From Entomortierella parvispora E1425 (taxonomy: Eukaryota > Fungi > Mortierellomycota), in contig BQFW01000007.1 of NCBI GenBank assembly GCA_020891255.1, forward strand, positions 1,054,001 to 1,118,000: a stretch of DNA of 64,000 nucleotides, given 5' to 3'. The first letter of the stretch is position 1. Every line of letters starts with the position of its first letter. Under the pieces are notes generated by a model that had not been told where the DNA came from, searched no databases, and saw nothing but the letters and a program-made list of their open reading frames with translations. A program made the position numbers and the translations under genes. This document shows positions 36,624 to 48,608 of the stretch, one piece after another.

Positions 36624-38847
36624 CTAACCAAAGATGCGGAGACCGTCGTCTGGTACCTCCTCCTGCTCCTCCTCAGCCTGCTCCTCCTCTTCCTCATTAT
36701 CGTCCAAGCTGTTCTTCTTGCCGAGTAGAGAAGAAAACAATTCATCTACCATCTCCTCGTGCCATGTTCCTGCTGGGATAGGTGCCATAAAGCTCTGAAG
36801 TTTCTCGTGGACGTGGTATCTATAGATGAGCATGGTCAATTAATATGCTGTTTTTTTGACAATATCTGATGATGACATGACGTGATAAAGTGGAGGATCA
36901 AATTACCTTAAGCGACGACCCTTGCTTCCCTTTGTATCGACTTGCTTCTTGGTCTGCTTGGTTTGGCGAAGAGCAGCCCAGCGCATGCCCATGGCTGTTG
37001 GATCGTCATTGTCGACCATACGGGACTCGATCAGTTCCCTCAAGAGTTGTTGGTAGAAATCGCCATCGTCAAAGATCTCCTCATCGTGGTTGGACAGGTG
37101 AGCGTCGAGTTTGCTCACTTGAGGAGTCTTCTCAGTGGTGTCGTTCTCATCCTCCTCCTTGACCTCGGGTGCAGTTCCCAAAATATGATATTCTGACCGC
37201 TTCAACTGTGTTCTCTTCAACAGGCGATCCTTGTCCGTCATTGTCTGAGAGATTTGAGTCATAATACCCTATAAGGTCAAAACAGATGCGCAATGGTATT
37301 AGTAAACTGAAGTGCACGTCCATTTCGAGAACTGAATTAAATATAATGTTCATTACCTGGTTCATAGCCTTGAACTTCTTGTTGAGAGGAATACCACTGG
37401 CGATCTGAACCTTGTTGCTCCACTTCTCCAAAGTATTGTTGCGATACGACTTCCAGCTCTCGTCCAACGCTTCGATATCCTTCCAAGTCTTGGTCTGCCA
37501 TGAATCATCATCAATGTTTCTAGATTCTTCGTCCTCCAGATCCTCGAGTTGACGCTTGTTAGATTTGGGCACCTTGACGTCGGGGATCTTGCGGAGTAAA
37601 CTCGTACGCAAGGTGACCAATGTGTCGATAAATGAGCGCAAGTTGTGCTTTGACTCCTCCAGTGGTTCAGCAGACTCGTTTGTCATGAATTCGTCGTATG
37701 TTGCTGGCTGAGGGAAGGTATTGATCAAAGCGACAGACTTTTGCAAACGGATGCGGGTATCCAACAGTGTTTCCCAGAGCAACTATGTTTGTTCAAAAAA
37801 AGAAAGTAGGAGTGTTAGCCATGACAACATGGAATTATCAAAATTGCCCTATGACGGATTTCACAGGGGCCTTACCATCTGTGCCTTGACATGGGCTCCC
37901 TTCTCAACATCATCTGTGACGCTCTTGGTCATTGACTTCAGCAACTCCTTCTCTTCCTCCTGAATCTTTTGGAGTTCTTCGACCATCTCCTGGGGAGTCT
38001 CTGTGATTCCGGATGCAGTCAGATCACCGTAGCCATCTTCCTCGTCCTCCTCCTCATCGTCCTCCTCATCGTCGTCATCACTGTTATCTTCATCCTCCTC
38101 CTCGTCATCCTCATCGCCCTCAAGCTCACTGTCGCCTTCGACGCTTCCTTCACTGTGATCAATTCCAGCCATGAGATCCTCGCCATCATCAAGTTCATCA
38201 GAGTCCATGTCCACGTCCTCGTCGTCTTCCTCCTCCTCCTCCTCCTCCTCCTCTTCTTCTTCCTCGTCTTCCTCGCTTTCACTGTCGAGTCCGAGGGCAG
38301 CCTTTCTGCTGCTCTTCTTTCCCTTGTATTTAGGATCGTCCATGAGGAACTGCTTGCTTCTCAACTGACTCTTGCTAAAAATCGAAATGTAGAGAAATTG
38401 GTGTTAGATCTTTGTTCAACCAGGACCATACAGAACATGCTATTCAAAAGACTAAGTCTGAGGAGACGTTACCCAACAGGGACATAGTGCTCACGGGCGG
38501 CATCGGCATTGTCGTCCATGTCACTTCCCATATCGCTATCGCCATCCTGGTTCTGGTTATCCTCGGGATCGTAATCTAATTTGATGAGGGTGGTTAGAGC
38601 AAGAACTCTTGTTGGTATCTTTGATTGTTATAGCGGTTATTGTTGCAAGTCCTACCCTTGGGGGTCGTTGTTGACAACTGGGCAATACGCTCCAGCAAAC
38701 TTGGTTTAGACTTGGCTGCATTACAAGAGAAAAGCAGAGGGTGTGTATGAATGAGTATGCATGCTTCAAGAAGAGAGAAAGAAGGGTTCAACAATGGAGG
38801 GTATTTCTCCGTTATAGTCCAGTCAATGCGTGTGTGTCTTTACCCAT
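36624..38847 (-). CDS. BFR2: SSU processome factor Bfr2/AATF
   Basis: [10 protein letters not shown], acidic tract, [53 protein letters not shown] and [11 protein letters not shown]. Exon 1 is ATGG followed by a GTAAAG donor. Confidence 0.94.
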
Positions 38848-39497
38848 GGTGGATGGATTTGGTTGCCGAGAGAGAATGGGGTTGATGAGGGAATGCAAGC
38901 AAGGGTGCGTCGAGCTCAAGGTCAGTCAGGTCAGTCTCTGTTGCATGCGCACTGTGTCAGGCATTTATTTTATTTTCTTTTTTTTCCTTTTTTTTGAAGG
39001 TGGCTTAGACTGCAAACAGTAAACAAGTCCCTTTTTTTCTCGCTGTCCGCTTGATTCGCCTGGTGAATGGAGACTTCACAACATTGGAAAACTTTTTTTT
39101 TTGTTCCCTTACCACCACCACTCTCCATCCACATTATACTCCAAGGTAGCGCATCACTTGCTTGCTTGCTTCAAGCAGTCTGACCTCACTGGTCTCTCGC
39201 TCGTCTCGGTCCTCGCATGTTGGCATGCTCTCGACAATGGATGGATTGCTCTCTTTTGTTGGCTGTCTCTGGACTGTCATTACAGTGGATAGAGAGACTG
39301 TACATCGTGGACATCTAGGATGGTCAACAAGGAAGCCTCTTGGAGTTTTCAGAGTGAAAGAAGGCGTAGAGATAACCTCTTGATCTCCACCAGCATACCA
39401 GAGAGCGAGCAGACAACAACGAGCGACCAGCGAATCATCAAGAGGTTTCTTCCTATGTATCTTGGTCCTAACCTATGATGATATTCTTGTCTATTAG

Positions 39498-39799
39498 ATG
39501 CATTTGATGTACTCCCTTTCGCCCGAGGGCAAGCGTATCTACACCCTCAAGGTACGGAACGAACAAAATAGCGTCCTTCTCTCTTCATGGATCGATCGAT
39601 CTGTCAATTGATCAATGTTTTTTTGCTAATAACGATCGTCTCCTTTTAACGTCAACAGAAGCTCACCCCTGCCGGCACTGTCACCAAGTCTGCCCACCCC
39701 GCTCGCTTCTCCCCCGATGACAAGTACTCCCGTCACCGTGTCACCCTCAAGAAGCGATTCGGCCTCTTGTTGACCCAGCTCCCCTCCAAGCAGCTTTAA
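39498..39799 (+). CDS. NOP10: H/ACA snoRNP subunit Nop10
   Basis: Exons 39498-39551 and 39659-39799 give [19 protein letters not shown]...[24 protein letters not shown]. Absent from the ORF track. Confidence 0.96.
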
Positions 39800-40183
39800 A
39801 ATGCCTGCCCCCCTTCAACTCAGGATATCGACTTTTTTTTTCTCCACCCCAAAAACCATCGCATTCAGCACAAACTTGTACAATTTATTTTTCTTTTCAA
39901 CAAATCAACAAAAAATGGCATCGGGAGTAACAATGCAGGAGCTGGTGGAGTCCTTTTCAAAGGACTATTAGCAGAACAAGAAGAAGAACAGTTAGAACCT
40001 TGACCGTTTTTTTTTTTACAATACATTGCCTACGCATCCAAAATCAATGTACTGTGTCAAAGAGAAGGTTTATTGTTGTCATTTCTTGTTTCGAGGGCTG
40101 TTCAGTTGTGGTGCTCTACATCCTTCCTCCTTGACCACCCTCATCTAGCTTGCCTGGACTTGCTTGGCCTCCCGTTATGTCCA

Positions 40184-41590
40184 TCATACCTTCTTGCCTA
40201 GGAATCCTTGAAGCATGCCTCCGACATTGATGCCCAGTTTCTCAACACAGTAACCACCTTCCTGAACAAACAAGGTTGGTACTCCAATCTTGCGGATGGA
40301 ATTGCCAATCCTGGGGTAGCCTTCCGAGGTGACCAAGAAGCCTGCAATTGGGTCATCTTTGAAAGTATCAACTCCAAGAGAGACAATCACATAGTCTGGT
40401 TGATAAGGCATGACATGATCCAGAATCAACTTGTCAAGAATCTCGACATAATCGTCATCGGTCGTAGCGTGGTGCAGTGGGATGTTGACGTTGAACCCAA
40501 GGCCTTCGCCCTCACCCTTTTCAAGAGCGGACCCGGTAAAGTATGGGTAGTCATCTGCAGAATGCATGGACGTATAGAGGGGGTTCGAAACCGAGTAAAA
40601 GATCTCTTGGGTGCCATTGCCACTTTGGAAAAGAGAGTAAAGAGGAAAAGAGCAAAAGAAAAGTGTGAGCTACATATTGCTATTGTGCTTTTTTCGTCGA
40701 CATATTGCAAAACATGTCCCTTACTGATGGAAATCGACGTCAACGATGGCAATCTTCTTGGGTTGACCATCTCGGCCTTTGAGCTCTGGCTGGTCAATGA
40801 TCCATTGAGCTGCAATGGCCACATTGTTCAAGAAACAGTATCCACCGCAGATATCAGACTGAGCGTGGTGACCTGGAGGGCGTACCAAAGCGTAGAGTCC
40901 AGGGGGATTCTCACGCGACTGGGCACCACTCGCAAGGCTCTGTTCGTATTCCGCACCCAATCGCACTAGGTCCTTGGTGGCTGTCAAAGTGATTTGAGCG
41001 GCATTCCAGGCAGCCTTGAATGTGTCTACCAAAAAGATGGGAGCATCAGCTTCAAGCGAATGATTCCCACGGATACTCAGAGCACAACAACAAACAAAGA
41101 TGCCCTACCTTTTGTAATCACGGCAGAGAGGTCAAAGCAATACTCGCCAGCTTTGGAAAGCAAATTAGATGCCTTGGCCTTGCCCAGACGAGTGACCTTG
41201 TGATGAGGAATTGTAGCTGGGAGGACGCCGTTTGGGTGACCACCCTCTTGGATCCATTCCTCGTACGCTGTTTCGAGATAGTCGAGAAAGTCTTGCTTGT
41301 GGACGCGCTGGATGGGTTCGTAGCCAAAGTCCTCGACACGTTCAGTGATCTCGAATGAATCCGAGTGGGTTTCCAAGTAGGCCAAGATGGCGTCTAGTCT
41401 CTGGGGACTCTCTATTGCCGAGTAGAAGAATAAGAGAAGGTGCTTCGTCAGGTATGATGGCAGGGTGCAAAGGAGCGGAGAGACAAAAGGGCGGGGTAAA
41501 TATACCATAGTACTGAGTTTCAGCGCCAGAGAGGAACTCGAACTCGGGCGTGTGCATGGTCGTGCACAGCTTGGAGGTGTAGACTTTCAT
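40184..41590 (-). CDS. Acetylpolyamine amidohydrolase-type member of the HDAC superfamily
   Basis: ESPQRL, RPPGHH, GGYCFLNN, DVDFHHGNGTQ, SLGVDTFKDDP and QEGGY. Four exons. Confidence 0.88.
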
Positions 41591-41934
41591 CAGAGCAGGG
41601 GTCATGGGATGAAACTAGGGATGAGGGCAAGGATGAGGATGGTGTGGGAGAGAATGAAGGAATGAATGGAAGAGAACAAGAGAGCGAGAGAGAGAAAGAG
41701 GGCGTCGTTCTTCCCTCTCCCTCGGCGCACGCGCAGTGCGGTCGCACAGAGAACCGAAGTCCAAGGAGGTGGCGTCTGCTGGTCTGGTCTGGGCTGACTG
41801 GACGGGTTCTAAAAAGGGTCCCTGGGAACAGGCATTTTATAGCGCCCTTCTTTCCTTTGCTCCCTTGCTCCCTTGCTCCTTTGCTCCTTTGCTCCTTTGC
41901 TGATTGGACAACCCTCATCCTCATCGCCACAGTC

Positions 41935-42834
41935 ATGTCCAGGAAGCCAGACAGGAATGCCAAAGCAGCTGGTATTTATTCATTCATTCATTCTGCCTTC
42001 CTTTCATTCGTGTTTTCGTGTTTCTCGTTTCTCAAGAAATCACTCACTCTGTTCTAACATTCACTTGGTAACTCGTTTCAAATCCACCAGCTCCAAAGGT
42101 CCTCGACCAGGAAGCACGGAATCGGCAAATCAAGCACCATCTGGATTCATTGGAGCGTGACAACTTTGTCGCATTGAACGAGTTTGAAGCCATCATTGCC
42201 ACTGCCGCTGCTGCCGCGTCTGCACCAGGACCAGTCAGTTTAACCCACACCAATTTAGGACCGCACGGACTTTTGCCTCCACTGAATCCAGACGTGGGGT
42301 CCATTGTTGGCGGTGTTCTTGGAACAGTAGGACCAGGTTCTGCTTTGAATGGACCCACAAAGACATCAGGAACACTCTCGGGAAGCCGAACAAAGAAGGG
42401 TCAACTCAATGGCCCCGGTAGCAATGGGCCCATTCATAGCATCAGTGCAGCAGGAGGCGGATCGGCTGGACCGGGATATGGCCACAAGAAGCCAATATTG
42501 CAAAGAAAGCCATTGAACCAGCTTCTTGACGAGTCTGGGCAGCTGAACGTACACTTTCAACGCCAAGAGGAGCCACTCAACTATGTTACAGCTTCAATGG
42601 GTCCAAGCCGGTATCCGGATCGGCAGTTCTGCTCCGTGTGTGGTTGGAAAGGCAAATACCGATGTGGTCGATGTGGGATGCGCTACTGCGACTTGAGATG
42701 CTTGAAGACGCATGAAGACACGAGGTATACCACTTTTGCAAGGTTATTTGTCAGTCCATGGCTCTATGTTGAACTCATCTAACAAGATCTTTTTTCAATG
42801 TCCTTGTTGTAGATGCATGAAGTTTACCATTTGA
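41935..42834 (+). CDS. VPS71: SWR1 complex subunit Vps71/ZNHIT1 (zf-HIT)
   Basis: HLDSLERDN, then C-terminal FCSVCGW..KYRCGRCGMRYCDLRCLKTHEDTRC zf-HIT. Three exons. Confidence 0.9.
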
Positions 42835-43103
42835 GGTGCCCCTGACGCCTATTTATTGCCCTTACCCCTCCATCCTGTACTTCTATTTCTTTCACCCACC
42901 ATTGTATCATACCCGCAACAAACCGAGAGCGCGTCAACGCGTGTTGCCATCCAGAAGAGAATAAAAATAAAATAAAAGATTTTAAACCAGAAAAATTAAG
43001 CAAAAATAAAACATGTGGCTTAGTATTTACACAAGAACCAGATGGCGGCACTGCACACAAAAAAGGCCCTGTTGCTCTGTATGTCCCAAAGAAGTCGAGC
43101 TTT

Positions 43104-43135
<32 letters not shown>

Positions 43136-43236
43136 CTTTGTTCTTGACTTGAGCATTCATCTTCCTTTTGCATTGCCCCCAGTCCTTCTCCATTGCCTTC
43201 TCCCTTTCTCGACCCCATTCAGCACATCAATTACCA

Positions 43237-44766
43237 ATGGGAAAGTTCCAGCGCACAAAGGTCGCCACTAAGGCAACGACGGGCACTGCTGCTCCTTCCT
43301 ACGGCGTAAGCGACCTCCTCGTCCAGGCCAACCAGGCTGTGGACCGCTTCGAGTTTGAGCTCGCTCACCAGTTTGCCATGCGCGCTCTTCAAATGGAGCC
43401 CCAGAACTTGAATGCCCTCGAGGCCGCTGGTTCCATTGAGGTGGAGCTTGAACTTTTCAACGAAGCCAAGCAGGTAAAAAAAAAAAGGCTTTTCATATCA
43501 AAAAGGACGACCTTTCTTTGCTTCAATTGCTTGACTCTGTTGTAGAACATCATTAACCCGAGAAAAAAAAATACCCTCTTTTATGACATTAGCACTTTTT
43601 GGAGAGCGTCAAGATTCAACCCAACGCTGGATACTCAAAGTTCATGTACTTGGGACAGATGTCGGAACAACTGGAGGCGATTTCATATTTCCAACAGGGA
43701 GTCAACTTGATGTTGGCCGAAAGAGCCAGCATGCCTCAGGATTTGACAAAGGGATCCGATTACTTGGCCCTCTCCAACAAGATCTCCTCCGCTCTTTGCT
43801 CCATGACCGATATTTACTTGACCGACTGCTGGTAAGATGACTATTCCAATCAAGGATCCACACTGAAGACAAAATCAACAGAGAACGACATCCCGCGGCG
43901 GGAAACGATGGTCTGAGGCTAATGACTTGTTGCTGTATTGACTAGCTTCGAGCCCAACGCGGAATCACAATGCGAGGCATATTTGGCGCAGGCTGTTCAG
44001 ATTGAACCCGTCACTCCAGAGGTATACCAGACACTGGCTTCGGTCAGACTTAGTCAACAACGCGTCGATGAAGCCAAGGCAGCTTTGGCACAAGGATTGG
44101 CCATTTGGTTGGGATCAGATCGTAAGTGCCTGATATTGTTATCCTATGTTTTATCCGTCTTTTACGGGAATTTCCTTAAAGCGAGGTGACGACGATTCAA
44201 TGCATTCAAGACTAATCATACTTCCTTTTCAAAATCACAATAGCTACCGAGGAGGATGGTCCCACACCGGACTATGAGACTAGACTTGCCTTGGTCAAGT
44301 TGTTGTTGGAGGTTGCCATGTACGACGAAGCCTTCACTGTGTTGAACGGATTGATCGAGGAGAACGATCAGGTGCCAGATACGTTATACCTCTTTGGATG
44401 GGCCAACTATATCGCAGCAGAGGAAGTCGATGAATCTTCGCCCACAGCCGATGAGGAGAGGAAAGAGCAGTTGGAGAATGCCCGTGAGGCATTGAACGCA
44501 TGTGTCAAGGTAAAAAATAGCATGTTCACTTTCTTGTAGTCCCTCGTAAAGCGCGAAATGACCGTAGGCTGCATATTGACAATTATCTCCCTTTTTTCTT
44601 TGTATAATAGTTGTGGCATCTTACAGAGTCCACAGATGAGCCCATGTTGCAGCATACCCAGGAACTGTTGGAGGTTATCACTGGTGTTTTGGGACCAGAG
44701 GTCGAGGAGCAGGAGATTGAAGGAGGAGAAATTGAATACGAGGACGACGATGAAGAAATGAACTAG
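43237..44766 (+). CDS. ACL4: TPR protein, assembly chaperone of Rpl4
   Basis: TPR helices, KFMYLGQM, SALCSMTDIYLTDCCFEPNAE, YQTLASVRLSQQR and RLALVKLLLE. Acidic tail. Confidence 0.88.
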
Positions 44767-45123
44767 AGGGATTACTCACTTTTGCAAGCATATAATTAAA
44801 AACCATCCACTCATCATCCCAAAAACAGAGCGAAAGGTATTCTGGGCCATTCTTATTTCTGTGAGTTTATAGGATGACAGGGTTTGGCTCTCGCTTGACA
44901 CAAGCAGCTTGTGTAAAAGCATGACTTCTTGCAGAAAGGTGGAGCTGCAGCTATTGTTTTATTGATATGGAGATCTGGGCCGACTTTTGTGCATTGTCCT
45001 CGGCGCCCTTTCACGATGTCTCCTGAAAAAAGTCGTACAAATGATAGTGAGTTTATTTCCGCAAAAAAAAGGCGACTAGGGTGAAGTCAGAACACCAGGA
45101 TCTACGATTTGCGCAGTATATAT

Positions 45124-47074
45124 TTAAAACCGTCCTGGATGTCCTGGAGCACCTCCTTGAGGGAATTGTGCTGGGTGCTGTTGAGGATGACCCTGAGGAG
45201 GGACTCCCTGTGGTGGGGGAGGAGGGACCTGTTGTGGGTGTCCTCCGAGCAATTCCTGCAACTTCTTTTGGTTTTTGGCCGTCATATAGTGGAAAACAGC
45301 TTCGTTGACCCATTGTTGGTTATAGAACTCTGAGTGTCTCTGCTCCTCCAAGTTGACGTGGGATTCTCCCAAAATAACCTATACAGACGGGAAAGGATTG
45401 TTTAGAGATGGCTTTCTCAATGGGATAGGGTACTCAACTCCAGTGCCCCATAATGCTTACCTCCAAATCCCTGCTCTGAGATGCAATCCAGCGTTCCAAA
45501 AAGTCTGAGGGGTCGTTGGCGAATCGAAGCAAAAAGTCGCGCTTTGTCTTGGAGTTGTTCATAGACTGGATATATTGCATGATCTGTTCATCATAAGCAT
45601 GGATCTGCTTGGGGAGAGATCCTGTCATGGAGCTCATGGCTGTGGAAGAGATCAATGACGAGATCTTTGTCTTCACGGTGGGGTCGTCCACTTCCACATC
45701 GAGGTCGTAACAATGTGATGACAAATGGTAGGGCTTGTCCACGCGAACAGTATATTCCAGTACAATAGGGTCGGGGGGAGAGAGGAATCGACCAATCAAT
45801 TCTGGCAACGAAGGGAATGAAATCTTGGGTTGGTTGAAAAGCTATCCAATTTTGCAAAAGGAAAAAAAAGTCGGTTAACTGAAGTTGCAAAGAGAGGAAG
45901 AGGCAGGCGTTTGATCTTCATATGTCCATATAAATATTTGACAATGGAGATCCTTACAGCTGCAAGCTTCTGGTCGCAGTTGATATTCCTCTTGTCTTCT
46001 GGATCCTGAAGTTGATGAAATTTGATATACTGCCAGAGAGCCATCATGATACCAGGTCGTGTCTCCACATCAATCGCCAAGACGTCTGCCAATTCTGGGC
46101 TAAGCTTGAACCGTTCTGGTGAGTTGTCGAGATGCAAGATGACCTTGACTTTAACGTTCTCATCTCCATGGCGCTTGATCTCAAATCCATCTACGTCCGC
46201 CTGTGTTGGTGACTTGTGCCATTCTACAAAATTGCCGTTGGGGTAGAGGTTCGAGTCGCGATCCAACTCAATCATGACAGATTTGAAGAAACTCGAAAAT
46301 TTCCTGCTTGTCTGCTTGTTCTTGTAGGCCGAAGCATTCACCTCCTGCGAGTAGAAATTAAACACGTCAGTCAGCTGGAACGCGGGCCATGAGCAAAATC
46401 GCTACTCATTACAACTTTCGTAGGAGTTGCATAAAAATAAAGAAAAACAAAAATAAGCACTCACGTCAACAAGACGTCCTTCGACCTTCAATGTCCATGA
46501 GGGAGTGGGTCCGCTGTCTAGCGTAGGCTCGTCGTCATCTGATTCTGGGGTCTCCTGGTCGTGTGAGAGGTTTGAGATAAAAACACGAAGAGTACGCTTG
46601 GTCTGTAGCATAGTAAACAAGCATCAGTTTCCAGAATAGTTCATTCAGTCTCATCAAGTGAGTTGACTCTGCCTTGTAGGTTGTAGATGCTAACCTTGAC
46701 GGGTTTGTTGAGAGTCTCCTGCAAATCCAGACGCTTCCTCATGATGGTGGCATCCAGCTTCTTCTCGAAATCCAACAGTTCCGTGTAGAGTTTTGATTCA
46801 GGGACGATGGCCTCAATCTAAAAAGAGAAAGTAGAGGCCGATGAAGGATGGTCCTTGTTGGTTAGCGGCTGATTTCTTTTCCAAGAACAAGAGCAAGGGT
46901 CGAGACGCGCCCTTGTCCCCTGAATGAATAAAAGAGATTGAGAGTGGATGCCAGCTGATCAAAACGAGAGCGTGCCTTTGCAGAGATTTGGTTGTCGTTG
47001 GGACGCTTCCTCTTGGCCTTTGCGACCAAGACGGGCAGATCGACAGCCGAGGAGCGTTTCCGTGCGGGATCCAT
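45124..47074 (-). CDS. SMARCD: SWI/SNF-RSC SWIB-domain subunit (SMARCD/BAF60, Snf12/Rsc6)
   Basis: [47 protein letters not shown] domain ([12 protein letters not shown]) and [14 protein letters not shown]. Confidence 0.93.
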
Positions 47075-47336
47075 GAGGCTGTGTATAGAGAGAGAGAGAG
47101 AGAAGTAGTGCGACGAGCAAGAATGACAGTGCAGATGAATGAATGAAAGTGGCGGCAGAGGAAGAGGAGAGACTGAATCGCTATTTCCAGTTCCAGTTTC
47201 TACTCCCTACGTCACCTCTTCTATTTCTGCCTGGAAATAACGCTATTTCGGAGCTCGTCTCTTTCCCCTCTGAACGATTCGGATGGTGCGATCCCATTCG
47301 CTTCACTTCATTCCTCTCTCCACTCTCGACTTCACT

Positions 47337-47926
47337 ATGGTCTTCCAGTACATTGTAAGTCCTGTCCTGACTGGGCCTGACTTTCTGCTTCCCTTCTCGC
47401 CATCCCCGGAGCACACACCGCAACACTTCACCAAACCCGACTTGCATCCGGATGACCGGATTACACTGTCTTGCTCGGACTTTTTGATCAGATCCCTACA
47501 AACACACTCACCATCCAATGCGTCTCGTCCAATGCCTTCCACCCTAAATAGAGACGCGCCGCTCACAGCAACCCATACATTTTTACCAGTTTCGTGGTTG
47601 CTGCCATCGGTAAGAACACCCCATTGGCTTTTTGCGCTTCAATGAAACGACTCTTACTCGCCAGAATACTTACCGTAATATTTTCTTGTGATCCTATCTT
47701 TTCAGGACCTGTCTTGGTTGTCGCCGTCCCTCCTCTTCGTGAGAGCCAGGGATACGTCAGACCTGCTCGTGTTCCTGACACCTACCCTCGTAAGGATACG
47801 CAATTGCATGCTGTGTAGATATACCTTCGTTTTGGAACGTTTAGGTGACCATTTTTCTGACGTCTTTCCCCCCTTTCTCTAGTTCCCAACCGTGCTCGCA
47901 ACCCCCCTTCAGGATATGAAGATTAA
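47337..47926 (+). CDS. Complex I 9.5-kDa accessory subunit (NI9M/NDUFA3-like), 4 small exons
   Basis: Spliced product MVFQYI-RRAAHSNPYIFTSFVVAAIG-PVLVVAVPPLRESQGYVRPARVPDTYPL-PNRARNPPSGYED*. All introns are GT-AG. Not in the ORF track. Confidence 0.88.
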
Positions 47927-48608
47927 ATACCAGCAACCCATCGATTAAAAGCAACAGTCAACCATAACCAACGCAGGAGAGGAAATCGATATACAATTTT
48001 TTTAGTTGGATAATACTCATAGAACCAAAAGGATGATCAAAGCATTAACCCTTCGGAACAGACCCGTCATGGCAAAATAAAACGAAAAAATGACCAAAAG
48101 TATTCGAGCAGTCCCTGGAGCGAGAGTATCCTTGAACAGTTGCCAAAGGCTCTTTGTCTTCTGCTGGGCGTTTTTATATATTTCTTCCAGTATGGTCCTG
48201 AGGGGATGATCATGCATAGTTATCGTTCTTCCATACGACCGGTAGTTTGCCTCAGATCTTACTGCTAAGAATGCTTCTTGGATCTTGCAGAAAGCAATCC
48301 TGATAGGATTTTCGGTAAATTACCTATGGACTTGATTTTTCAGACATGGCCGATCGTTTTCTTTTTCATAGATTGAACGGCGATGACTTTGAAGAAGAGA
48401 ACTGTTATCCCAATCTAGTCATGTTGAGGCCAAGTATCCCAACAATGATCGTTGTTGCAATCCCCTTCAAAAAGAAAAAAAAAAAGACGCGGCAAAAAAA
48501 TCTGTCACGTGTACCCATTCTTGTCGATGTACATGTAGTTTCATTCTTTCATTCATTCTTTTCAACATTCACATGCACTCCGTTCTCCCCATGCCTTTCT
48601 AGTCCTCA

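Noticed and set aside
40581-40595. GGTTCGAAACC resembling a tRNA T-loop
   Set aside because: It lies inside an APAH coding exon on the opposite strand, with no cloverleaf. No tRNA or rRNA was recognised anywhere in the window.
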